Origin: a bacterium
GTDB taxonomy: Bacteria; Electryoneota; JAOADG01
DNA length: 64,000 nucleotides
Direction: 5' to 3'
NCBI GenBank assembly: GCA_963681965.1
Contig: OY820579.1
Location: forward strand, 1,600,001-1,664,000
Shown: piece by piece, positions 49,250 to 58,258 of the stretch
Numbering within the stretch: the stretch's first letter is position 1
How the letters are laid out: each line of letters begins with the position of its first letter
The notes under the pieces: generated by a model
What the model was told of the DNA's origin: nothing
Seen by the model: the letters and a program-made list of their open reading frames with translations, nothing else
Databases searched by the model: none
Translations under genes and position numbers: made by a program

Positions 49250-49786
49250 GTTAGAGCACCGCAATCACTACCGTCCGATGACGGAAAGATTCGTGTCAAT
49301 GAGATGATTCGCGTACCACAGGTACGGGTTGTCAATTTTGACGGTCAGCAACTTGGGATCATGGATACCAAGCTGGCGATGGAAAGAGCTCGCGAAGCGG
49401 AATTGGATCTGATCGAAATCGCGCCGAATGCGAACCCTCCGGTTTGCAAGATTCTCGATTTCGGTAAGTACAAGTTCCAACTGGCCAAAAAGGAGCGCGA
49501 CTCGCGTAAAAAACAGTCGCATTCCGAAGTCAAGAAAATTCGTTTTACGCCGGTCACCGACGATCACGATTTCGAGACGAAAGTGAAGCAGTCGCGCGGT
49601 TTCATCCTCGAGGGGAACAAAGTTAAAGCAGTGGTGTTGTTCCGGGGACGATTGTTAACGCGCAAGGAATTCGGCGATGAATTGCTTCAGCGATTTTGTA
49701 CAGCCTTGGCTGATGTCGCGAAAGTAGAAATCGCGATTCAGATGGAAGGGGCACGCAGCATGAGCGTGCAATTGATGAAGAAATAA
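49250..49786 (+). CDS. infC: Translation initiation factor IF-3 (probable non-canonical GTT start)
   Basis: [38 protein letters not shown] and HDF.TK motifs. GGAGGAG lies 6 nt upstream of an in-frame GTT. Confidence 0.93.
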   Translation, partial: VRAPQSLPSDDGKIRVNEMIRVPQVRVVNFDGQQLGIMDTKLAMERAREAELDLIEIAPNANPPVCKILDFGKYKFQLAKKERDSRKKQSHSEVKKIRFTPVTDDHDFETKVKQSRGFILEGNKVKAVVLFRGRLLTRKEFGDELLQRFCTALADVAKVEIAIQMEGARSMSVQLMKK

Positions 49787-49797
49787 GGTGGCTGACA

Positions 49798-49992
49798 ATG
49801 CCCAAGATGAAGTCCAAACGTTCGGCTTGCAAGCGATTTAAAGTAACCGGTACCGGTAAAGTATCGCGCCGTCGCAACGAAATGCGTCACAAGCTCACGC
49901 ACAAGAGTTCGAAACGAAAACGTCATCTGTCGACTGAAGCATTGGTAGCGCGTGTCGATGAGAAGCGTGTCAAGCGGTTGATTTTGGCGTAA
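49798..49992 (+). CDS. rpmI: 50S ribosomal protein L35
   Basis: [21 protein letters not shown]; follows infC. Confidence 0.97.
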   Translation: MPKMKSKRSACKRFKVTGTGKVSRRRNEMRHKLTHKSSKRKRHLSTEALVARVDEKRVKRLILA

Positions 49993-50056
49993 TCGGTAGA
50001 TCCTGTTGGCGGGGGCATCGCGATGCTACCCGCAAAGTCGAAGAAAAGAGTTAGAA

Positions 50057-50404
50057 ATGCCCAGAAGTACTAGAAATGTCGCATCGAAGCAGCGTCGCAA
50101 AAAAGTTTTAAAGGCTGCCAAGGGTTTTTGGGGTTCGCGTCATACCCGTATTCGCTCCGCGATGGATGCGGTTGACCGTTCACGTTTGTATGCCTTCGAA
50201 CATCGCCGGAACAAGAAACGCGATTTCCGCGGACTATGGATTGTCCGTATCAATGCCGCCGTTCGTCAATTCGGCATGAGCTATAGTGTGTTCATGCATC
50301 TGTTGGAAGAGAAGGGCATTGCGGTGAATCGCAAAGTACTTGCCGACCTCGCATTTAGCGATCCAGTAGCGTTTGAGCGCCTCGTGGAGGCTGCCCGAGC
50401 CTAA
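50057..50404 (+). CDS. rplT: 50S ribosomal protein L20
   Basis: MPR...RRKKVLKAAKGFWG and KKRDFRGLWIVRINAA motifs. Confidence 0.97.
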   Translation: MPRSTRNVASKQRRKKVLKAAKGFWGSRHTRIRSAMDAVDRSRLYAFEHRRNKKRDFRGLWIVRINAAVRQFGMSYSVFMHLLEEKGIAVNRKVLADLAFSDPVAFERLVEAARA

Positions 50405-50430
50405 TCGCGCACCTTGCGAACAAGCTTATG

Positions 50431-50462
50431 GGGAACCTCCGTAAAAGAGGTTCCCTTTTTTT
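50431..50462 (+). terminator. Intrinsic terminator after rplT
   Basis: GGGAACCTC-cgtaaaa-GAGGTTCCC-T7. Confidence 0.88.
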
Positions 50463-50517
50463 ATATTTGAGATTGTTTTTATGAACGGATTGAGAAATTG
50501 CTGGAGTAAGAATTTCA

Positions 50518-50566
50518 ATCTGTCATTGCGAAGCCCCGAAGGGGCTGTGGCAATCTACTATTGTAT
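50518..50566 (+). repeat. TGTCATTGCG...GCAATC REP-like element, copy 1 of a 49-bp direct repeat
   Basis: ATCTGTCATTGCGAAGCCCCGAAGGGGCTGTGGCAATCTACTATTGTAT; 4 mismatches to 52720-52768. Confidence 0.85.
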
Positions 50567-50583
50567 TTTTTTGACGTTCTTCC

Positions 50584-50606
50584 GTAGGGGCGTATGGCAT
50601 ACGCCC
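50584..50606 (+). repeat. GTAG-family REP
   Basis: GTAG-GGGCGTATG-G-CATACGCCC. Confidence 0.75.
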
Positions 50607-50639
50607 AATCTTTTTCATTGTTGTTTCTGAGAGGAAAAT

Positions 50640-51563
50640 ATGATCGAGAATGATTGGGAAGGTGTGGAACAAAAAGATGATAACGAATATTACACAGAAG
50701 TTTATCAGATCACTGCAGGTTTTTTTAGAAAACTCATCCCTAATCTGGATCGACTAAAAGATGTTTTGAATATTAAAATGCAGGATTATTGTAAGAAATT
50801 GCATTTACATCAAAGTCAGTATCCCAATATCGGGGATATTGAAGCTATCACAGAGAGATTTGGCTTAGTGAGTATGTTTCGAATGGTTGATGAATATAAT
50901 GTTCTGTCGATAAAAAGTCAGTATAAGTATTTAAGGCTTTTAAAGGGTGCGATTTTAATGCAATATGAGGAGCTTGAAGAATTAAATAATAAGAATAGGA
51001 ATCCTAATGACAAAAATTTAGAGATAGCATTGCAACAAGTTAAAGACGAATTAAACAAAGATATTTTCAAAGGACTCAGACCCAATCAAATTTTTCTTGA
51101 GGAGTTTTATCACCCGGATTCGAAAGTGACGAGGAATGTTAGTGAGAGTGTCTCAATAACTCCTGAATTAATTTCACAAGAATTATTTACTAAGAAATTA
51201 CAGTATTTAAAACGAATCGTATCTCAGATTAACGCAAGTTATCGCTACGAACTATACGATTGCTGTGCAGTGATGTGTAGAAGGTTGCTAATACTCCTTA
51301 TCATTGAGCTATTTGAAAGTAAGGAAAAGTTAAAGCTGATTTTTAATAACGACGAATATTTGCCATTACCAACAATGATTGATCAATTAAAAAAAGAGTA
51401 TCCCGGACAGTTTACGAATCATAGTGGATTATTGCGATTAAAGAGTCTTGGTGATCGAGCTGCTCATCACAGAAGAGCATTTACTGATAAGGATAATATC
51501 GATAAACTTCACGATGATTTTAATACAAACATCAAAACACTTGTATCACTGATTTTAGATTAA
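50640..51563 (+). CDS. AT-rich hypothetical protein with C-terminal HEPN/DUF4145-like domain
   Basis: C-terminal QIN.SY...LYDCCAVMCRRLL.LLII and LK.LGDRAAH..R motifs; N-terminal region unrecognised. Confidence 0.6.
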   Translation: MIENDWEGVEQKDDNEYYTEVYQITAGFFRKLIPNLDRLKDVLNIKMQDYCKKLHLHQSQYPNIGDIEAITERFGLVSMFRMVDEYNVLSIKSQYKYLRLLKGAILMQYEELEELNNKNRNPNDKNLEIALQQVKDELNKDIFKGLRPNQIFLEEFYHPDSKVTRNVSESVSITPELISQELFTKKLQYLKRIVSQINASYRYELYDCCAVMCRRLLILLIIELFESKEKLKLIFNNDEYLPLPTMIDQLKKEYPGQFTNHSGLLRLKSLGDRAAHHRRAFTDKDNIDKLHDDFNTNIKTLVSLILD

Positions 51564-51584
51564 CCATGATTAATATTCGGAGTA

Positions 51585-52625
51585 ATGATGTATCTCCAAA
51601 CCGAAATTGACGATCTAAAGCAGCGTTTCAGCGATGCGCTGGGAACTGCGAATCCCGCGGCTTGGGAAGAGCTGAAGAACCGTTTCCTCAGTCGCAAAGG
51701 GGAATTGGCAGCGCTGTTCGATCAACTGGGAAAAGCTCCCGGCGACGAACGGAAAGCGCTGGGGATGGCGCTGAATGAATTGAAAAATGATTTCACCGCT
51801 CGGATCGAAACGTTGCGATCACAGGCGAGTGTCAAGATTGCGATTCCGCGACTCGATCCGACCCTGCCGGGACGTCCATTCGATCGTCCGACTCAACACC
51901 CGATCACGCAGGCGATGCTCAAGATTGCCGATCTCTTTGCGCGGATGGGATTCGTGGTCGAAGAAGGTCCGGAACTGGAGACGGCATTCTACAACTTCGA
52001 TGCATTGAATACCCCGAGTTGGCACCCGGCACGTGAGAAATCGGATACGCTCTATTTGGAAACGAAGATCGGCGATCGCGAATTGCTCCGCACCGAAACA
52101 TCACCGGTACAGATTCACGCACTCGAGCGGCGTGGTGTGCCGTTACGGATCATCTCACCCGGAAGAGTCTATCGCAACGACAAGCCGGATGCGACGCATA
52201 GCCCCGTGTTCTATCAAGTGGAAGGTCTCTGTGTCGATCGCGGTATTTCGATGGCGGATCTGAAAGGGACATTACTCGCATTTTATCGCGCATTGCTGGG
52301 TCATGATACCGAGATTCGCTTCCGACCGCATTTCTTCCCGTTTACGGAACCATCGGCGGAAGTCGATGTCACCTGTCCGTTCTGTCATGGCGGCGGTTGC
52401 AGGATTTGCAAGCAGAGTGGATTCATCGAGATGGGCGGTTGCGGGATGGTTCATCCGAATGTGCTGGAAGGGGTGAAACTGCCGGGCGGCGCGACGATCG
52501 ACACGGAGATTTATACCGGTTTCGCATTCGGTCTAGGGATTGAACGATTAGCGATGCTGTTGTACGGCATTGACGATATCCGGTTATTCTATGAAAACGA
52601 TTTGCGGTTTCTAAATCAATTTTAA
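51585..52625 (+). CDS. pheS: Phenylalanyl-tRNA synthetase alpha subunit
   Basis: NFDALN.P..HPAR, LLRTETSPVQ, DATHSPVFYQVEG, FPFTEPS and GFAFGLGIERL motifs. Confidence 0.98.
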   Translation: MMYLQTEIDDLKQRFSDALGTANPAAWEELKNRFLSRKGELAALFDQLGKAPGDERKALGMALNELKNDFTARIETLRSQASVKIAIPRLDPTLPGRPFDRPTQHPITQAMLKIADLFARMGFVVEEGPELETAFYNFDALNTPSWHPAREKSDTLYLETKIGDRELLRTETSPVQIHALERRGVPLRIISPGRVYRNDKPDATHSPVFYQVEGLCVDRGISMADLKGTLLAFYRALLGHDTEIRFRPHFFPFTEPSAEVDVTCPFCHGGGCRICKQSGFIEMGGCGMVHPNVLEGVKLPGGATIDTEIYTGFAFGLGIERLAMLLYGIDDIRLFYENDLRFLNQF

Positions 52626-52684
52626 TCGGAGCGGAACACTATTTCCGCAAAATTATTCGTTGGGTCATATGGTGTATGCCCGGA

Positions 52685-52801
52685 GGTGGGGCTTCAGCCC
52701 CGCCACTGCTTGTATCATGATCTGTCGATGCGAAGCCCCGAAGGGGTTGTGGCAATCTACTCTTGTATCTTGATTTGGTGGCGCAGGCTTCCGAGCCTGC
52801 G
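52685..52801 (+). repeat. Cluster of three REP-like palindromes in the pheS-pheT spacer, including direct-repeat copy 2 (52720-52768)
   Basis: GGTGGGGCTTCAGCCCCGCC; TGTCGATGCGAAGCCCCGAAGGGGTTGTGGCAATC; GTGGCGCAGGCTTCCGAGCCTGCG. Confidence 0.75.
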
Positions 52802-52822
52802 ATTCAAATAGTTAGGTCGATT

Positions 52823-55264
52823 ATGATTCGCATTTCCTATCGTTGGTTGCAAGATTTTATTGAGCTTCCGGAAGCGCCGGAAGAAGTGAAGCAATTGCTC
52901 ACGTTTCTCGGCTTCGAGGTCGAAGAAGCGCGCTACATTCCCGGTGTTCCCGATGGCGTGTATGCGGCGTATGTGCTGGAAGTGCTGCCGCATCCGAATG
53001 CCGATAAACTGCATCTGGTGACAGTGGCGCTAAACGGCGAGACCAAAACCGTAGTGTGCGGTGCTCCGAATATCGATGTGCATCAGTGGGTACCACTCGC
53101 GCTGGTCGGTACTAAAATCGGCGATATCACGCTGACGTCGCGCCCGATCCGTGGCGTGATCAGCGATGGCATGATTTGCTCGGAACGGGAACTCGGACGA
53201 AGCGACGATCACAGCGGCATTTGGGTACTCGGGGTTGGCGATTGCGACGAGTGGGATGCCGGTGAACCGCTATCGAAACGAATTCTCGACGACACAATCT
53301 TCTCGATCGAAGTGACGCTGAATCGACCGGATTGTCTGTCTCATCTTGGTATCGCGCGCGAATTGGCGGCGAAATTGAAACGCGAAATTCATGTACACCC
53401 GACACCGATCGACGAATTGGACGAACCGGCATCGAATCAGATCAAAGTTGTTCTGGACGATTCAGTCGGCTGTCCGCGGTATCGTGCAAGATTGATGCGC
53501 AATGTCAATGCGAACCGACCATCGCCATTCTGGCTGCGCGAACGCCTCAAAGCTATGGGGACTCGGTCAATTAACGCAGTGGTTGACGCTACAAATTATG
53601 TGATGTTCGAGGTGGGACATCCGCTACATGCCTTTGATCGATCCTTCCTCAAGGGGAATGAAATCGGGACACGAATTGCCGCCGAAGGGGAAATTTTTGT
53701 CACCCTAGACGATGTCGAGCGGACACTTAACGCTGGGGATGTGTTGATTCGAGATGGCGAACATGCAGTGGCGCTAGGTGGCATCATGGGTGGCAAGAAC
53801 AGTGAGATTCGCGATACGACGCGCGATATCCTGCTCGAAGCTGCGTATTTCCATCCTGTAACGATTCGAAGGACCGCCAAGCGACTCGGCATTTCCAGCG
53901 AATCGTCGAAGCGGTTCGAACGCGGTGCCGATCCCGAAGGAGTCGTGTACGCAATGGAACGTGTCACTTCTTTGATCCAGATGTTGGCTGGCGGCGAGGT
54001 CTATTTTCATGCTGTCGATTCGTATCCGAATCCCGTGAAGCGGGATCCCGTATCGCTCCGAGAGAAGCGTCTACACTCGCTGTTAGGGTTTGATGCGATC
54101 TCGCTCGGAGAGGCAGAAACGATTTTGAACCGACTCGGTTTCTCAACCATCTCTAAAACACCGGATGAAATCACGGTTTCGGTTCCGTCGCACCGTCACG
54201 ACATTTCGCGCGAGATTGATTTGATTGAAGAAGTGGGGCGGGTTTACGGCTACGAACATATTCCTACGAAGGGTTCGGCGACGATTCCGATGAAGATCGA
54301 CGAATTGCCCGATTGGCGCGCACGCCAACGCTGGAGCGGCTGGGCGCGTGGATTGGGGTGTTCGGAAGCGGTCTCGAATTCGATGGTGGATCCGGACGAT
54401 TTGGCACCGCTTGGATTGCTGGACAATGCCATCCGGATTGCGAATCCGATTGCTCCGGAACTGTCTGTATTGCGACCGAATCTCTTAGTTTCGCTTGTCA
54501 AAGCAGCGGCACATAATTTGCATCATGGACGGGAAAGAATCGCGCTCTTTGAAATTGGCAGGGTCTTCGGAAAAGGGTTGATTCCGGCGGATTCGACCGA
54601 ACGGTGGCACTTAGGGATCGTTTTCGCGGGAACCGCACTACCGGAATGGTGGCGCGACAGCAAACCGCGACCGGTGGACAGCACCGATCTGACCGGAGTT
54701 TTCGAGGAAATACGCGCGCTCGGGCTTGCATCATTACGCTGGAAGGCTTATGATTCCGTACATTTACTAGAAGAGGCTTTTTTATTAAGCGACGGCGAGC
54801 GACCGATCGGGTATGCCGGTAAGTTGCCGGGAGCGGTTCGCAAAGACATTCTAAGACCGGAATCGCAAGCAGCGGCGAAACGATTCGATCTCGATCATCC
54901 ACTTTGGATTATCGAAATCAATTGTGAACCATTTCAGTTGGAAGCGGCAATCCCGCAGTATCGAGCGTTTTCCCGGTTCCCGGAAGTAACCCGCGATTTG
55001 TCGTTCCAAATACCGGAAGCGATGGCGGCGGGCGAATTGCTTGAAGCAGCCAATGCGGCGATTGCGCAGCGAATGTATGTTACCGGTGTTACATTGTTCG
55101 ACCGTCACGAAGACAAGACGACGAAATTGACCTCGCTCGGTATTCGTATGAAATTGAAAGCTGCCGACCGGACCTTGACGGAACAGGAAATTGCCGGTGC
55201 GGTAGATGACGTGGTTACTGCGATTACCCGATTGGCGGGCGTGGAGCTGCGAGGCGGAAAATGA
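52823..55264 (+). CDS. pheT: Phenylalanyl-tRNA synthetase beta subunit
   Basis: ISYRWL, HPNADKL, VVCGAPN, S.GMICS..ELG, NRPDCLSH.GIARE, RFERG and DLIEEV.R.YGY motifs; C-terminal FDX-ACB domain. Confidence 0.97.
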   Translation: MIRISYRWLQDFIELPEAPEEVKQLLTFLGFEVEEARYIPGVPDGVYAAYVLEVLPHPNADKLHLVTVALNGETKTVVCGAPNIDVHQWVPLALVGTKIGDITLTSRPIRGVISDGMICSERELGRSDDHSGIWVLGVGDCDEWDAGEPLSKRILDDTIFSIEVTLNRPDCLSHLGIARELAAKLKREIHVHPTPIDELDEPASNQIKVVLDDSVGCPRYRARLMRNVNANRPSPFWLRERLKAMGTRSINAVVDATNYVMFEVGHPLHAFDRSFLKGNEIGTRIAAEGEIFVTLDDVERTLNAGDVLIRDGEHAVALGGIMGGKNSEIRDTTRDILLEAAYFHPVTIRRTAKRLGISSESSKRFERGADPEGVVYAMERVTSLIQMLAGGEVYFHAVDSYPNPVKRDPVSLREKRLHSLLGFDAISLGEAETILNRLGFSTISKTPDEITVSVPSHRHDISREIDLIEEVGRVYGYEHIPTKGSATIPMKIDELPDWRARQRWSGWARGLGCSEAVSNSMVDPDDLAPLGLLDNAIRIANPIAPELSVLRPNLLVSLVKAAAHNLHHGRERIALFEIGRVFGKGLIPADSTERWHLGIVFAGTALPEWWRDSKPRPVDSTDLTGVFEEIRALGLASLRWKAYDSVHLLEEAFLLSDGERPIGYAGKLPGAVRKDILRPESQAAAKRFDLDHPLWIIEINCEPFQLEAAIPQYRAFSRFPEVTRDLSFQIPEAMAAGELLEAANAAIAQRMYVTGVTLFDRHEDKTTKLTSLGIRMKLKAADRTLTEQEIAGAVDDVVTAITRLAGVELRGGK

Positions 55265-55632
55265 CATTGGAACTTTTTGAGGACCCCATGGACAGCAGTA
55301 TTCTTGAAGCGTTGGAACAACGATTTGATCAATTAAAAAACAAGTTGGCAGCGACTCGCGATGAGTTGGCGAATGCACGACAGGAAAACGAAGTGTTGCG
55401 CGGCGAGATCGAGAAGACTCGTCAGGAGCGCGATCAGGCATTAGCCGAAAACAGTGTGTTGACTTCGAATTTGGACGATACGACAAATGCGAAGAATGCG
55501 TTAAGCAGCGAGCTGGATGCGTTGAAACTGGAACTGATTGAAGCGAAACGCGATCTTTCAGCCCGGGAAGAGAAGCAGGATAATTTCCGGGGAAAAGTGC
55601 AAGCCCTGCTGGCGAAGATGGAAGAGATGTAA
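55261..55632 (+). CDS. ZapB-like coiled-coil protein
   Basis: Heptad-rich sequence LE.LE.R...L...ENE.L...KVQALL.KM; lies between pheT and zapA. Confidence 0.6.
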   Translation: MTLELFEDPMDSSILEALEQRFDQLKNKLAATRDELANARQENEVLRGEIEKTRQERDQALAENSVLTSNLDDTTNAKNALSSELDALKLELIEAKRDLSAREEKQDNFRGKVQALLAKMEEM

Positions 55633-55658
55633 CCCAAGTCGAACCGGCACCGGAAGCA

Positions 55659-56027
55659 GTGGCAGAAACAATGCCCACGACTCCGGTACCATCCGAAAAG
55701 CCGGTAGGGAAGCGACAGGAGAAGGCGATGGCGGTACAACCTACGGTGGTAAGAGTCCGTATCTTCGGGCAGGAATACGGCGTGAAAGGCGATGCCGACG
55801 CCGATTATATCAAGAAGGTCGCCGAATACGTCGATGCGAAAATGCGCGACGTCGAGGAGACGCTCACGCAAGGCAGTTCGCCGCTGAAAATTGCGGTGCT
55901 TGCTGCGCTCAATCTGACCGACGAACTGTTCATGGCATGGGAAGAGCGCGACAAATTGAAAAACGATATCGAAGCGAAAGCGCGTGCTTTGACTGAACGG
56001 ATGAACAAAGCACTGGACGACGATTAG
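55659..56027 (+). CDS. zapA: Cell division protein ZapA
   Basis: VRVRIFGQEY.V, YI.KVAEYVD.KM and AVLAALNLTDEL motifs. Confidence 0.92.
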   Translation: MAETMPTTPVPSEKPVGKRQEKAMAVQPTVVRVRIFGQEYGVKGDADADYIKKVAEYVDAKMRDVEETLTQGSSPLKIAVLAALNLTDELFMAWEERDKLKNDIEAKARALTERMNKALDDD

Positions 56028-56078
56028 ACGTCGGTGTGATCGATTTCGTACAACTTGACTATAGGTTTGAAATGGCTT

Positions 56079-56259
56079 TGTCCGACCGGTTGATGATCAA
56101 AGGGAGGAACCATCACTAGAGAACCGGGAGCTTGACGTCGAATGGCAATGACACGCCCCCGCCGCATGCGCGACGCCAGGGGAAGTCAGACCCACGAGAG
56201 GAAGCACCCACCGTAATCCAACGGCGTGGTTCTCTCACCAATGCATGACTGGTCGGGCA
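56079..56259 (+). ncRNA. ssrS: 6S RNA
   Basis: ~180 nt directly after zapA, the conserved position. 5' TGTCCGACCGGTT pairs with 3' GACTGGTCGGGCA and GAGAACC pairs with GGTTCTC, giving a rod with an internal bubble. Confidence 0.8.
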
Positions 56260-56266
56260 CGATTGT

Positions 56267-56305
56267 AAAAAAAACGGGTACACGAAGAGTGTGCCCGTTT
56301 TTTTT
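56267..56305. terminator. Bidirectional terminator
   Basis: A8-CGGGTACAC-gaaga-GTGTGCCCG-T8. Confidence 0.88.
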
Positions 56306-56342
56306 GCGATCGATGCACGATTGATGCACAGACGAAAAAAAT

Positions 56343-57698
56343 TTACAGAATCTTATATCCCAAATCGGTGACTGCACTCCAGTAAATCGGTTGCTTCCTG
56401 CCATCGATTTTCTGGAAGCGGATGGTCTGCGTCAAGACGAATTTAGACGCGATATAGATATTCAGTGTTGAACTGAGGGATCCCTGTACGACGACGGCGC
56501 GCAATGATTTCAGATATATGTAATTTTGCGGTGGTAGCTGTTTGGACACATAGAGATTTGCTTGATTCGACAGGATGATATGTCGAGCCAGTTCGTAATC
56601 GAGTTCCGTAAATCCGGAAAGTGTATATCCGTAACTGTGGGTGCTGCGGATTCCCGTCCGTTTGAAGGAAATGGAATTGTTCCACTGCAATTTCATCGAC
56701 AAGGGTTTGTAGTATTCTAGCGTTCCTATCACCACTGGACGATCGTCTTTCGTAAGCTCAGTAAAACTGGAGTCGCCGTCGTAATACGCTTTTGTGCTGT
56801 TATAACCCTGATAATCGAAGCCATAACCGGCACTAACCGCCCAGCCATGTTCGCGTGCATACCAACTTTCGTTCAAAACTTCGGAGATAATTCGCTCGCC
56901 GACACCACCTAACGCATTTCGATTGAATTTACCCGATGCAATCAGCACTTTCCCCATTGCATCGTACCATTCGAAGAGATAGGAACTGATGACACTGGTC
57001 GCTGAACCGGAAACTGTTATTAGGTTGGATTTCGAGTCACCTGAAAGAGAAGAGTTTATCACATTTGATTTAGGATCCTTGTATTTATTGATGAATTCAT
57101 CGCGACGGTCGATCACATTCGCCAGATCAGTCAACTGCGCATCGGTCAAATCGCCACTTACGAATTCGATTTCCCGTAACCGATCGACGATTTCCACTGC
57201 TTTCCGCAATGATGTTGCATTCTCGACTCGGCCATACCCCATGCCGAGTGTACCGCTGAATGCCCGATAGTGACTGCGCGATAGCGTGCGGGGATGAATA
57301 CTGTAGCGGTAGCGATCGTACGAGTACTGAAACGAGGCATTGAATCGACCGAACCAGTCGTTGCTCATGGTGTGGTAATGATCGAGGGTCACCTGATCGT
57401 ATTGATTGAAATAGCTCCTGGTATTTGGATCACTCCGATTGAAGCCGCCCGAAGTTTGATGATAGAAATTATAGCGGTTTTTGTCCGACCAATATTTGCG
57501 GGTGAAATTTGCACTGGTATTGATATAGTACCCGACTTTCGAACTATCGGTTAATTCTCCCGAAAAGTCAGAGTGGTAAATCAGATTGAGTTCCTGCCAC
57601 ACCGATTTTGGATAACTGTATTGCGATAGATCGATGGAAAGTGCCACAAGTGGCAGCAGGATGATAATTAGTACGAGAAATATTACCGGTTTCTGCAT
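56343..57698 (-). CDS. Secreted protein, probable outer-membrane beta-barrel
   Basis: Signal peptide, Tyr/Ser/Gly-rich alternating strands, C-terminal DLGYKIL; family not recognised. Confidence 0.5.
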   Translation of the reverse strand: MQKPVIFLVLIIILLPLVALSIDLSQYSYPKSVWQELNLIYHSDFSGELTDSSKVGYYINTSANFTRKYWSDKNRYNFYHQTSGGFNRSDPNTRSYFNQYDQVTLDHYHTMSNDWFGRFNASFQYSYDRYRYSIHPRTLSRSHYRAFSGTLGMGYGRVENATSLRKAVEIVDRLREIEFVSGDLTDAQLTDLANVIDRRDEFINKYKDPKSNVINSSLSGDSKSNLITVSGSATSVISSYLFEWYDAMGKVLIASGKFNRNALGGVGERIISEVLNESWYAREHGWAVSAGYGFDYQGYNSTKAYYDGDSSFTELTKDDRPVVIGTLEYYKPLSMKLQWNNSISFKRTGIRSTHSYGYTLSGFTELDYELARHIILSNQANLYVSKQLPPQNYIYLKSLRAVVVQGSLSSTLNIYIASKFVLTQTIRFQKIDGRKQPIYWSAVTDLGYKIL

Positions 57699-58064
57699 GG
57701 CAAACTCCAAAGCATGAGGTCTAAGTGGTCGATAAAGATATTCTATGTATTGAGGTAAACGATATATCGTGACGACTTCTCGATTACTTCATTTAATTGA
57801 TGGAAATTGATTTCTGAACTCATCTAGCGTCTTCTGCATAAAACAATGGCTATCTGCGTCGACGAAATCCGGTGAAGCGAAGCAGGTAGCTCATATCCGA
57901 TCCTGTAATGAATCTCGATGAATGTAAAATTTGATGATGTAAAAAAAAGATATTAATTGTTAATCAGTAGTGCAAGCGAAAATGGTAATTGTTAAACCTG
58001 TCCGCTTCACTACATCAAGGTTTTCCTCGAAACGACGAATCAGGATACAAGATAAAAATAAAAC

Positions 58065-58196
58065 GCCCAATCGGAGTTGGGCAGTACTACAAGATGAGGG
58101 ATACAAAAACGGGGGCATGTGGGGATGCCCCCCTACTGCAGGATAAAGGATAAAGAAATTATAACGAATAAAACGCAGGCTAAAGCCAGCGGTTAC
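58065..58196 (-). repeat. Cluster of three GTAG/GTAA-footed REP-like palindromes
   Basis: Minus strand: GTAGTACTGCCCAACTCCGATTGGGC (58065-58090, same palindrome as in the 27.3-kb array), GTAGGGGGGCATCCCCACATGCCCCC and GTAACCGCTGGCTTTAGCCTGCG. Confidence 0.8.
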
Positions 58197-58258
58197 AAAT
58201 AAATTACCTCGTCATCCGTAAGCTAACGGATTTGTCAGAACGGAAACACCAAGCAAAA

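Noticed and set aside
50008-50033. Hairpin between rpmI and rplT as a distinct regulatory RNA
   Set aside because: It is a single stem without further support; it may be an L20-related or stabilising element but cannot be called from sequence alone.
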